From: Nitrospinota bacterium
Lineage (GTDB): Bacteria > UBA8248
Direction of reading: 5' to 3'
Length of the DNA stretch: 52,279 nt
NCBI GenBank assembly: GCA_009839615.1
Contig: VXPH01000012.1
Coordinates: forward strand, 1-52,279
The notes beneath the pieces are model-generated. The model did not search any database, was not told the origin of the DNA, and was given only the letters and a program-made list of their open reading frames with translations. Position 1 is the first letter of the stretch. Each line of letters opens with the position of its first letter. The translations under genes and the position numbers were made by a program. Of the stretch, positions 36,408 through 45,245 are shown piece after piece.

Positions 36408-36868
36408 GTGATTTCTCGATATTTCCAGCGCGACGATTGGTTAAGCGCGTCGATCGATTCCAGTATGAATTCCGCCGTTCCGCTTGTCATCGGGCTTAAG
36501 GAGGATACCTCGCATAAGGGAACCCACCTGGCTTCCGATATGTCGCTCGCCGCCTGAAGCGTCCCCCCGGTAGGCCGGCACACGAAATCGATGAGCACGT
36601 AATGGAATTGCACGCGGCCCCATTCGTCCCGGGTGACGCGGTTCAAAACCCGCCCCTCGGAGAGAATCTCCACGTCCAGGCCGGTCTCTTCCTTGACCTC
36701 TCGTATGCAGGCTTCTTCCAGGTCTTCACCCAGGTGAACGCCGCCGCCAGGAATGCTCCAGGCGCCCATTCTGGGAGGTTGTCCCCGGCGGACGATGAGG
36801 ACGTTTTCCTCATCGAGGATGATGGCCCCTACGCCGACAATCGGGCGAAGCGGATATTCACGACCCAA
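36404..36868 (-). CDS. NUDIX hydrolase
   Basis: Nudix box GGGVHLGEDLEEACIREVKEETGL. TTG start with GAGGAG RBS. Confidence 0.85.
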   Translation of the reverse strand: MGREYPLRPIVGVGAIILDEENVLIVRRGQPPRMGAWSIPGGGVHLGEDLEEACIREVKEETGLDVEILSEGRVLNRVTRDEWGRVQFHYVLIDFVCRPTGGTLQAASDISEARWVPLCEVSSLSPMTSGTAEFILESIDALNQSSRWKYREIT

Positions 36869-37028
36869 TCCCCCGGCTCCTCAGGTGAAAGATGAAAGAA
36901 AAACACTCAAGATTTCGAATGGCGCGCGCCTCATGCTCCCGGTTTCAAAATAGCATGTTTTATCCCTCGATGGTTATGGCGAATCGAACAGAATACCGAA
37001 AGACGGGCACTCTCCGCCGCTCATTCCG

Positions 37029-37057
37029 TTGACACGCCGTGGTGGGGGCCGTATCAT
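37029..37057 (+). promoter_or_regulatory. Putative sigma70 promoter upstream of the EamA transporter
   Basis: TTGACA-N17-TATCAT, the best consensus match I saw in the window. Confidence 0.45.
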
Positions 37058-37173
37058 TTTTTCGGTTTCTGAAGCCTGCCCTTTAGAGCTTCCCTGAATC
37101 GAGGGCGATTTCATCCCCCCATCAGCCAGAGGTATGCGTGGCGAGCAGGGACGTCCGCGCCGGGGAGTCGCGT

Positions 37174-38016
37174 ATGCCGCCGGAAGTCGTCTTCGCGCTC
37201 ATGTCGTTGTGTTTTCTCGGCGTCAATGACTTTCTCTACAAATGGGGCCAGCAGTGGGAGATGCGCAGCGGCCCCTTCATGTTCCTGCAAAACATGGCTT
37301 ATCTGCCCAACGCCTTCGGCCTGGCCTATTATCGTGATGAGTTGATCCTGAATCCGGGCCTCGCCTTCGGGTTCATCAACGGGATTCTGGCGTTCACCGC
37401 GTATTTATTCGTCTTGTTCGCCTTAAGAAGGGGCGAGGCGGTGGCGCTCGTGCCGATCGTCCGCCTGAACTTCGCGGTAACGGCCGCCCTCACGATTTTT
37501 TTCCTGGGCGAGAGCGTAAACCTCATCAAGGGAGTCGCACTGGTTCTGGCGGCTCTCGCCGTGACGGCGGGCGGCAGCGTCGCGGCGACGTCCGTCGGGG
37601 ATAAGCGCTCCGTCGGCCTGGCGACCGGCGCCATGTGCATGTTCGGCGTCATCGGCCTGTTCTATAAGCTCGGACTCGGGATGGGCGCCAAACCCGCCAT
37701 GATGACGGCCATGCAAAGCGTGGGCGTTTTCTGCATGGCCGTACCCTACTTGCTCCTGCAAAAGAACCCGCTTCCCAGGCGCGGCGTGCCGCTATGGCTT
37801 CCATTCGTGTGCGGCGTGCTCACCTCATCGAGTTACGTGGCCATCGCCGTGGGGTTCACCTATGGCGAGGCGGTCGTTGTGGCGCCCATCGCGCAGTTGA
37901 GCTTCGTGTTGACCGGGGTGCTCGCCATCATCTTCCTGAAGGAAAAGCTGACGTTAAGAAAAGGGGTGGGCGTCGCCTTCGCCGCGGCGTCCGTGCTTCT
38001 CTTTTCCAGAGGATAA
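37174..38016 (+). CDS. EamA/DMT-family transporter
   Basis: 10-TM-like hydrophobic profile with two EamA-like halves. ATG 37174 (GGGGAG upstream) is preferred over GTG 37138. Confidence 0.8.
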   Translation: MPPEVVFALMSLCFLGVNDFLYKWGQQWEMRSGPFMFLQNMAYLPNAFGLAYYRDELILNPGLAFGFINGILAFTAYLFVLFALRRGEAVALVPIVRLNFAVTAALTIFFLGESVNLIKGVALVLAALAVTAGGSVAATSVGDKRSVGLATGAMCMFGVIGLFYKLGLGMGAKPAMMTAMQSVGVFCMAVPYLLLQKNPLPRRGVPLWLPFVCGVLTSSSYVAIAVGFTYGEAVVVAPIAQLSFVLTGVLAIIFLKEKLTLRKGVGVAFAAASVLLFSRG

Positions 38017-38019
38017 CGC

Positions 38020-39198
38020 TTAGAGCACTTCCTCGTTTCGCAGGCGCTCGATTTCCGTGGGCGCCATATTCAGCCATTCATCGAGTATTTTTTCGGTGTG
38101 CTCCCCGAGGGCCGGCCCCGTCCAGGCGATGTCGAGGGGCGTCTGCGACATTTTCGGGAAAGCGCCCTGCATGGGTACCGAACCGAAATCCGCGTCCGGC
38201 ACGTGGCGAACCAGGTTTCGCGCCTGGAAATGGGGGTCTGAGAGGATGTCTTCGATGTCGTAGACGGGGCTCGCCGTGACGCCGCCCGCGTTGAATCTCT
38301 CCATGTTCTCGTCGCAGCTGTATCTTCCTATGGCGTCGGCCACGATTTTGTCGAGCGCATCCTGGTTCACGACGCGCGTCTCGTTGTTCGTGAACCGCTC
38401 GTCGGTGATGATGTCTTCGCGCCCCATGGCGCGGGCGAGGCGCTCGTACATCGGCTGGGTGGAAGCGGATATCGCCACCCACTTCCCGTCGCTCGTGGGA
38501 TAGATGTTTCTGGGCGCCGAGTTCTCGGAGCGGTTGCCCAGGCGCGGGCGCTTTTTCCCCTCGATGAGATAGCGGGCCGCCTGCGGACCCAGTATCGTGA
38601 AAAGCGGCTCGTAGAGCGCCAGATCGATAACCTGTCCTTTCCCGCCCCCCAGAGCGTCGCGGTGGTAGAGCGCGAACATGGTGGAGGCGACGCCCTGTAG
38701 CGCGGCCGTCATGTCCGCCAGGGGCTGGGGAGGAGCCAGGGGTGGGGAGTCGGGAAATCCGTTCATATCGGCGAAGCCCGACATCGCCTCCACCAGGGTG
38801 CCGAAGCCCGGCCTGTCGCGGTAAGGGCCGTCCTGCCCCCATCCGGAAATGCGGACGACGATGAGTCTCGGGTTCACCTTCCATAGATCGTCCGGCCCCA
38901 GGCCCCAGCCTTCGAGTTTGCCGACGAAGAAATTCTCGGCGAGAACGTCCGCGTGGGCCGCCAGCTTTCGGATGAGTTCCTGTCCTCGCGGCTTGGCCAG
39001 GTTCGTGGTGATGGAACGCTTCCCCCGGCCATAGACCTTCCACCAGTACGGGTTCCAGGCCCGCAGCGTATCGCCGTGGCCCGGCGCTTCGACCTTGACC
39101 ACGTCGGCGCCGGCGTCGGCCAGCAGCATGCCGTACATTCCGCCCGAGACGAGGCGGGTGAGGTCCAATACTTTGACGCCCTCGAGGGGTCTGCTCAC
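38020..39198 (-). CDS. Family III CoA-transferase (CaiB/BaiF type)
   Basis: N-terminal LEGVKVLDLTRLVSGGMYGMLLADAGADVVKVE signature. 392 aa. Confidence 0.9.
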   Translation of the reverse strand: MSRPLEGVKVLDLTRLVSGGMYGMLLADAGADVVKVEAPGHGDTLRAWNPYWWKVYGRGKRSITTNLAKPRGQELIRKLAAHADVLAENFFVGKLEGWGLGPDDLWKVNPRLIVVRISGWGQDGPYRDRPGFGTLVEAMSGFADMNGFPDSPPLAPPQPLADMTAALQGVASTMFALYHRDALGGGKGQVIDLALYEPLFTILGPQAARYLIEGKKRPRLGNRSENSAPRNIYPTSDGKWVAISASTQPMYERLARAMGREDIITDERFTNNETRVVNQDALDKIVADAIGRYSCDENMERFNAGGVTASPVYDIEDILSDPHFQARNLVRHVPDADFGSVPMQGAFPKMSQTPLDIAWTGPALGEHTEKILDEWLNMAPTEIERLRNEEVL

Positions 39199-39253
39199 GG
39201 TTTTTTCTCCCGTCCGTTTATATAAGAGCCGCCTTTTTCTACTACTTACCGAA

Positions 39254-39982
39254 TCAATCTTTCAACGTGATCCACAAAGCGGCGTGATCGCTCGGCGGTT
39301 TCGGGTTGCCCGGCGGCCAATCGATGCGCGCGTCGAGCAGCCTGCCTTGCGCGCTTCGATTGATGAACGCATGATCCAGCCGGAAGCTCCCTCCACCCCC
39401 TGGCGCGCGCCAGGTGTAGGCGCGTTTTCGGCCGTGGACGCTGCGGTACGCATCCGCCCAGCCCGCTTTCGACATGGCCGTCATGAAATCGTCTTCGCGC
39501 CTGTTGAAGCATTTCACGGTTTCATCCTCATTGATTCGCCCGGTGTTGAAATCACCTGCTATCAAGGCTCCGCTACCACGCCGGCGGCGCGTCAGATCGC
39601 GGAGCGCATCCAGGAAGGGATATTTAATTCCGCTCACGCGGTTGGGCACATGAACGGCGGCGATGGTGATGGGCGTGGGCGCACGGACGTGGGCGAGCAG
39701 ACGGCGTTCAGCAGGTTCGGGAGGTCTCCTCCAGTGAATGCGCCTGAGCGGCCAGTGAGAAGCGAGGAGCAGGGCGTTTTTGGCCGGATGATTTTCAGAC
39801 GCCGTGTTCAGTTGGTAAGGCAGTCCGAGATCCTCGATACGGGAGGCGATCTCCCGGCTGGGCGGAGTGCCACGAAACTCCGTCAGTATGACGATGTCGG
39901 GTCTTCCCTGGCCGATGCGCTCCACGATTTTATCCGCCCGGCGTCCACCGCCGTGCATGATGTTCCAGATGAGAATCTTCAT
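39254..39982 (-). CDS. Endonuclease/exonuclease/phosphatase (EEP) family protein
   Basis: KILIWNI...DIVILTEF N-terminus, GDFN, and a C-terminal SDHAAL motif. Confidence 0.85.
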   Translation of the reverse strand: MKILIWNIMHGGGRRADKIVERIGQGRPDIVILTEFRGTPPSREIASRIEDLGLPYQLNTASENHPAKNALLLASHWPLRRIHWRRPPEPAERRLLAHVRAPTPITIAAVHVPNRVSGIKYPFLDALRDLTRRRRGSGALIAGDFNTGRINEDETVKCFNRREDDFMTAMSKAGWADAYRSVHGRKRAYTWRAPGGGGSFRLDHAFINRSAQGRLLDARIDWPPGNPKPPSDHAALWITLKD

Positions 39983-40108
39983 GGCGAAGGGAGTGTAGCG
40001 GTAGTAATATGTCTGACGCCAATGGAAGTTGAGTGTCTCGTTGAAAAGTGAAAGCCGGAGGATGTCGAGCCCCCGCCTGGGCGCCGACCCGGCGGGGAGG
40101 AAATCTCG

Positions 40109-40651
40109 TTGAAAAGGATATGCGTTTTCGCCGGTTCATCGAAAGGAGTGCGGACTGAGTATCATGACGCGGCGCGAACACTGGGGCGTGCCTTGGTTGT
40201 GCGCGGAATCGGCGTGGTGTATGGCGCGGGAGGCATCGGACTCATGGGCGTTCTGGCCGACGCCGTGATCGAAAACGGAGGTGAGATCATCGGCGTAATT
40301 CCAGATAAGTTGATGGAAATGGAGGTCGCCCATCAGGGGATCACCGAACTTCACGTCGTGCGCACGATGCACGAGAGAAAGGCGTTGATGGCGGAACTGT
40401 CCGATGGCTTCATCACGTTGCCGGGCGGACTCGGCACGCTTGAGGAAACCATGGAGATGATCACATGGTTCCAACTCGGATACCACGCCAAGCCCGTCGG
40501 CCTGCTCAACGTCCGCGGTTATTATGATCCTTTACTGGCGTTTTTCCGGCACATGAACGACGAAGGTTTCATCTCGGAGAAAATCATGGGTTCCTTCACG
40601 GTCGACGACGCCCCCGAGGGACTGGTGCGGCGGATGCTCACTCCCAGGTGA
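40109..40651 (+). CDS. LOG-family nucleotide phosphoribohydrolase (TIGR00730 type)
   Basis: ICVFAGSS...GGGIGLMG...PGGLGTLEE motifs. TTG start after GGGGAGGAA. Confidence 0.9.
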   Translation: MKRICVFAGSSKGVRTEYHDAARTLGRALVVRGIGVVYGAGGIGLMGVLADAVIENGGEIIGVIPDKLMEMEVAHQGITELHVVRTMHERKALMAELSDGFITLPGGLGTLEETMEMITWFQLGYHAKPVGLLNVRGYYDPLLAFFRHMNDEGFISEKIMGSFTVDDAPEGLVRRMLTPR

Positions 40652-41312
40652 GCGCGGCGAGGTAGCCCACGCCCTCATCCAGCGCTGTCTTCTCCTCGAT
40701 TCCCTGCGCTTGTTTGTGCGCCTGGATGGTTTTGAGGTGGGCGTATCCTTCCCACAGCACATGGCGAATAGTCCATTCCAGGTTGTAGTGAAAAACGTTG
40801 TCTTTTTTCTCGTCGCGCCAGAAGCCATCGGGGTGGATTTCGAGGACCACGTTTTCAATCCAGTCGATGTATCGATCGCCCGAGGGCCATTCGTAGTTTC
40901 GGGGAACGACCCTTTCTTTGGTTTTTTCCCGCAAGGAATCAAGAGTTTCGTTTTCGAGAATATCCAGTGCCAGCCGGCAGCCGTCTTCATAAGCGGCGAG
41001 CAGATCTCCAATCTCGTAGAATCGCCCGGGATCGAGGAGGCGGTCCGCACCCCCCGTGTCGTATAGGGATTCAGGCCTCGGCAAGTTTTCTCCAAACAAG
41101 AAATTGCCCCAAACCTGCAAAAACCATCTGTAATTCACATAGCCCATGTGGCTGACCTGCTCGCGGATCGACCACAGGCCCCAGCTTTTGTCGGGTTGTT
41201 TCATGTCGAGTTGCTCATCTGTGAGGCCTTCCACCTCCCGGGCGTACATTTCGGGCAAAAGGGCGTACTCGGGAAAAATTTCGGTGGCGGGCGTTGAAGC
41301 GTCCTTCGGCAT
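40638..41312 (-). CDS. DinB-superfamily-like hypothetical protein
   Basis: 224 aa from ATG 41312 (GAGGA RBS). Helical protein with spaced His residues (WSIREQVSHM, YAHLKTIQAH) reminiscent of DinB/YfiT. Lower GC than the flanks. Its 3' end overlaps the LOG 3' end by 14 nt. Confidence 0.55.
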   Translation of the reverse strand: MPKDASTPATEIFPEYALLPEMYAREVEGLTDEQLDMKQPDKSWGLWSIREQVSHMGYVNYRWFLQVWGNFLFGENLPRPESLYDTGGADRLLDPGRFYEIGDLLAAYEDGCRLALDILENETLDSLREKTKERVVPRNYEWPSGDRYIDWIENVVLEIHPDGFWRDEKKDNVFHYNLEWTIRHVLWEGYAHLKTIQAHKQAQGIEEKTALDEGVGYLAALTWE

Positions 41313-41456
41313 CTTCTGTATCCTCAAAAGAATCGGGAGCCGGAATATATCACGCCGCGTCCGGTTTCGCGCGGGGCGCGGATTACGGATGCCGGCTTCT
41401 CGTGCCATAATGCGCATCTATCGCTTTGCTTCATTCCTCTGTCCCTTGGATAGGCC

Positions 41457-42341
41457 TTGATCGAGTCGCTCCCCCCGGTTTTTCTGTCTTTCCTGTCCGC
41501 TGTCTTTTTGGCAGTCACGCAGACAATCTATCGAGGCGCTCTTCAGTGGATAGGACCGAAGGCGATCACCTTCGTGACCAATTTAACGCTGGTAACTTAC
41601 GCTTCGACCATATATATACTGGGCGCCGGTCTCGAAAAATGGCCCCTGGAGGGGATTTTCTGGTTTGTCCTGGCAGGGCTTTGTTCTCATTTCCTGTCGA
41701 GAAACCTGAACTTCATCTCGGCCACGCTCATCGGAATGGCGCGCTCCCAGATATTTTTGCAAGTCCATCCCATATGGAGCGCTTTGCTGGCCATGCTCCT
41801 CTTCGGCGAGACGATCAATTTCCCGATCGCCCTGGGCACGTTCGCCATCGTGTTGGGCGCTATCCTCCTGGTGCAGGAGAGAGGGGCAGGGGGGAAGCGC
41901 GCTCCCTTTTTGTATTATCTCCTGCCGATTCTGGCGGCCTTTTTCTTCTCCTTCGCCCCACCGTTGCGAAAGCTCGCGTTTCAGACGATTCCCTCCCCCG
42001 CCTTCGGCATTGCCACCACGGCGTTCACGGGCGCGCTTCTCCAACTCGGGTCCATACCTTTTGTCGAAAATCATGAGCTCAACCCCAAGACTTGGGACAA
42101 AAGGAGCCTGTGGTTGGTTCTCATCGGAGGGACTTTCAACATCATATCGGCGTACTGCTTTTGGCTCGCCATCAAGAACGGGAAGCTCATAGAGGTGATC
42201 CCGATCAACAGGCTCTCCATTTTATTCTTGATACTGTTTTCCTGGATTTTTTATCAAAGGCTGGAGCGCATCAATTTGCGCGTGATCGCCGGCGGGCTGC
42301 TTGCCGTGGAGGGTGCGGTGCTGATCGTATTGGGCAGGTAG
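41457..42341 (+). CDS. EamA/DMT-family transporter
   Basis: 10-TM-like hydrophobic profile. TTG start. GC visibly lower than the surrounding genes. Confidence 0.75.
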   Translation: MIESLPPVFLSFLSAVFLAVTQTIYRGALQWIGPKAITFVTNLTLVTYASTIYILGAGLEKWPLEGIFWFVLAGLCSHFLSRNLNFISATLIGMARSQIFLQVHPIWSALLAMLLFGETINFPIALGTFAIVLGAILLVQERGAGGKRAPFLYYLLPILAAFFFSFAPPLRKLAFQTIPSPAFGIATTAFTGALLQLGSIPFVENHELNPKTWDKRSLWLVLIGGTFNIISAYCFWLAIKNGKLIEVIPINRLSILFLILFSWIFYQRLERINLRVIAGGLLAVEGAVLIVLGR

Positions 42342-42395
42342 GTGCTCATTCATTTTGAGTAGGCCGCGCTTTTGTGGTGGTTCTTGAGGTGTGAA

Positions 42396-43277
42396 ATGGG
42401 AAACCTGATTGTGGAGGCGCCACCCGAGTTCCGCGCGTTACTGGGCGCCTTCCTGTTCGCCTGCAACCAGATTCTCGTCCGCAGGTTGCTCGAGCGGGCC
42501 TCGGCGCTCACGATTATCTTCTGGGTGAATGGCTGGATGGCGGTTCTCGCCGTCGTTTTCTCGCCGTTATTCGATATCTACGAAGGCGATTGGGTGGCGG
42601 CTCTCATCTTGTATCTCTTCACCGGATTGGTGGGGAATCTCGTAGCGCGCTACAGTGCTCTCCGTTCGAGTGAGTACGTCGGCGTGAGCAGAACGAGCGC
42701 ACTCGTGGCGGCGACTCCCATCGGTTCGGCGCTGATGGGCGTGGTGATTCTGGGCGAGCGCCCCGACGCGGGCGTCTGGCTGGGAATCCTGCTTGTCGTC
42801 ATCGGGATGATCGGGCTCACCGGCGAGCGGGGGGCAGGAGGATATTCGCTGAAGCGTTACACCTTCGCCTTCATCGCGATGGCGGCGTTCAGCGTCACGC
42901 CCTATCTGCGAAAAGCGGGGCTGGCCGCCATGAACGCTCCCTGGCTGGGCATCGTCGTGGCCACGCTCATCGCCAACGTGGGCTTGATTGCTTCCTCGCG
43001 CTTCGCCTCGCAGGAACAGAAGTTTCAGTGGAGCCTGCGGGTTGCGGCGGCATGCGTCCCGGCGGGTTTGTTCGGGCTCTTCTCCGCCGTGCTGTTCTGG
43101 ACCTCGCTGCGTGACGGGCAGCTCGCAGTCATATCCCCGCTGGTTCGCATGACCCCGATATTCGTACTGTTGCTGTCGGTGGTGCTGCTTCGCGACCTGG
43201 AAGTCATCACGAAGCGTTTGGTGATGGGAATACTCATCGTCGTGGCGGGAGCCGTTCTGGTGACGTCGGGCGGTTGA
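42396..43277 (+). CDS. EamA/DMT-family transporter
   Basis: 10-TM-like hydrophobic profile. ATG 42396 follows GAGGTG. Confidence 0.8.
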   Translation: MGNLIVEAPPEFRALLGAFLFACNQILVRRLLERASALTIIFWVNGWMAVLAVVFSPLFDIYEGDWVAALILYLFTGLVGNLVARYSALRSSEYVGVSRTSALVAATPIGSALMGVVILGERPDAGVWLGILLVVIGMIGLTGERGAGGYSLKRYTFAFIAMAAFSVTPYLRKAGLAAMNAPWLGIVVATLIANVGLIASSRFASQEQKFQWSLRVAAACVPAGLFGLFSAVLFWTSLRDGQLAVISPLVRMTPIFVLLLSVVLLRDLEVITKRLVMGILIVVAGAVLVTSGG

Positions 43278-43423
43278 CGCTTCGAAAGGCCAAAAAATGG
43301 GAATTTCGTTTGACCGGAGTCGGCCGCCTCTGCGAGAATGCGCGCGTCTTCATTCTTCCAAAGATGTGTTTCCCGCTTCGTGACGGGGTGCGGGAGGCCC
43401 TTTCCAAAAATTGTGGGGGTGCG

Positions 43424-43903
43424 ATGAAAATACTGAAGATCATTCCCGAGAAATGTACCGGCTGCATGCGGTGCGAACTCGCGTGCTCTTATGAGCAGAC
43501 GGGGACGTTTCAGCCCTCGAAGGCGGTGATCCGCGTCTCTTCGTTCGAGGGCCACACGAGCTATGCGCCTTATACGTGTCCGCAGTGCGACGAGGCTTGG
43601 TGTCTGACGGCGTGTCCCGTCGAGGCGATCGGCATCTCGCCGGCCGGGGCGAAGGACGTGGCGGACGACATTTGCGTGGGCTGCAAGCTCTGCACCATCG
43701 CGTGTCCTTATGGAACGATGTTCTACGACATCGACACCCACAAGGCGTTCAAGTGCGACCTGTGCGGGGGGAATCCCGCATGCGCGTCGGTGTGCCCCAC
43801 CGACGCCATCGTTTACGGGGAGGCCGATAAGACCGACTGGGTCGGGCCCTTTGCCGCGGAGCGGGCGAAGTCGCCTGCCGGACCGCTTGCGGGGGTGATC
43901 TGA
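43424..43903 (+). CDS. Poly-ferredoxin subunit with four [4Fe-4S] motifs (AorA-like)
   Basis: Four Cys clusters: CTGCMRCELAC, CPQCDEAWCLTAC, CVGCKLCTIAC, CDLCGGNPACASVC. ATG 43424. The ORF-track extension from 43274 is rejected. Confidence 0.85.
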   Translation: MKILKIIPEKCTGCMRCELACSYEQTGTFQPSKAVIRVSSFEGHTSYAPYTCPQCDEAWCLTACPVEAIGISPAGAKDVADDICVGCKLCTIACPYGTMFYDIDTHKAFKCDLCGGNPACASVCPTDAIVYGEADKTDWVGPFAAERAKSPAGPLAGVI

Positions 43904-43904
43904 T

Positions 43905-45227
43905 ATGGCCAGACACGTCATCGTTGGCGGCGGAACCGCCGGTTGGAACGCCATCACCACCCTCAGGGAACTGGATCAGGGTGATTCCGAGATCGTCCTC
44001 GTCGCGGATGAGACGCCGTATTCGCGGATGGTGCTGCCCTATTATCTGGCGCGGGACATTGCGGAATCCCACGTCTATATCGCCTCTCCTCCCAAGCTCG
44101 CCGCGCTGAACGTGGATGCGAGGTTTGGCGCGCGCGCCGCGCGCATCGACGCATCGGCAAGCAAGCTCATCCTCGAGGGGGGTGACGAGATTGAATACGA
44201 CAATCTCTTGATCGCCACGGGTTCCTCCCCCGTGAAAGCCCCGGTGCCCGGTGCGGACGGAGAAAACGTGCACAGTTTCTGGACGTTTCCCCAGGCGCGC
44301 GCCGTGGCGTCATGCGTGGGCGAGGGCGCCCGCGTCGCGATGATCGGAGCGGGATTCATCGCCTTCACGATTCTCAACGCCCTGGTGAACCAGGGAGTGA
44401 AGCTCACCGTCGTGGAACTCGAATCGCGCATCCTGCCGCGCATGATAGACGATACGGGCGCCGGGATTGTTCAGGATTGGCTGAACGAGCGAGGCGTGGA
44501 AGTGAGAACCTCGACGCAACTGGCCTCCATAGAGGACAAGGGAGACGCCAAGCTCCTCAAATTCAGGGAAGGTTCCGATCTGGAGGTCGACCTGGTCATC
44601 ATGGCCACGGGCATCAAGCCCAACATCGACTGGGTGGCGGGCAGCGGCCTCGAGACCAACCAGGGAATCCTGGTGGATGCGCATTGCCGCACGAACGTGG
44701 CGAACATCTACGCGGCGGGAGACATCGCGGAAGGCCCCGACGCCGTCACGGGTGATAAGGTGGTGCACGCCATCGAGCCCACCGCCATGCAGCATGGCCG
44801 CGTGGCGGCGGCCAACATGGCCGGCCAGGAGGTTGCGTACAAGGGCAGCTTGCTCATGAACATCGTGGACGTCCTCGATTTGGAAATAGCCAGTTTCGGG
44901 GCCTGGGACGACCCGGACGCCGAGGTCTTCGAGGCCGTGCGGGCGGAGCGGCCCGCCTACAGAAAACTCCTGTTCCACGGCGGGAGGCTGACCGGAGCGA
45001 TAATCCTCGGCAAAACCCGGGAAATCTGGACGACGAACGACGTGGGGATGCTCAAGGGCCTCGTCTATACGGGAGCGGACATCTCCGAGTGGAAAGAGCA
45101 TTTGCGCGGGAATCCATTCGACGTGAAACGCGCGTTTTTGGCCTCGGGCGCCGCGGGCGACTTGCTGCCGGAAACCGTTTTGGGGCGTCCGTCGATATCT
45201 GCGCATGAAATTGCCGTTTCTTCATAA
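43905..45227 (+). CDS. FAD/NAD(P)-dependent pyridine-nucleotide-disulfide-type oxidoreductase (AorC-like)
   Basis: Two dinucleotide-binding motifs (VIVGGGTAG and MIGAGFIA) and a GD motif (AAGDIAEG). Starts 1 nt after the ferredoxin stop. Confidence 0.85.
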   Translation: MARHVIVGGGTAGWNAITTLRELDQGDSEIVLVADETPYSRMVLPYYLARDIAESHVYIASPPKLAALNVDARFGARAARIDASASKLILEGGDEIEYDNLLIATGSSPVKAPVPGADGENVHSFWTFPQARAVASCVGEGARVAMIGAGFIAFTILNALVNQGVKLTVVELESRILPRMIDDTGAGIVQDWLNERGVEVRTSTQLASIEDKGDAKLLKFREGSDLEVDLVIMATGIKPNIDWVAGSGLETNQGILVDAHCRTNVANIYAAGDIAEGPDAVTGDKVVHAIEPTAMQHGRVAAANMAGQEVAYKGSLLMNIVDVLDLEIASFGAWDDPDAEVFEAVRAERPAYRKLLFHGGRLTGAIILGKTREIWTTNDVGMLKGLVYTGADISEWKEHLRGNPFDVKRAFLASGAAGDLLPETVLGRPSISAHEIAVSS

Positions 45228-45245
45228 ACCAAGGAGGTCGATGCC

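Noticed and set aside
43278-43423. Possible Moco/Wco riboswitch in the 146-nt gap upstream of the AOR-cluster ferredoxin gene.
   Set aside because: Only a short hairpin (CCCGC...GCGGG) and generic GC-rich sequence are present. I cannot match the multi-stem Moco RNA motif by eye. It should be tested with Rfam RF01055, but it is not claimed here.
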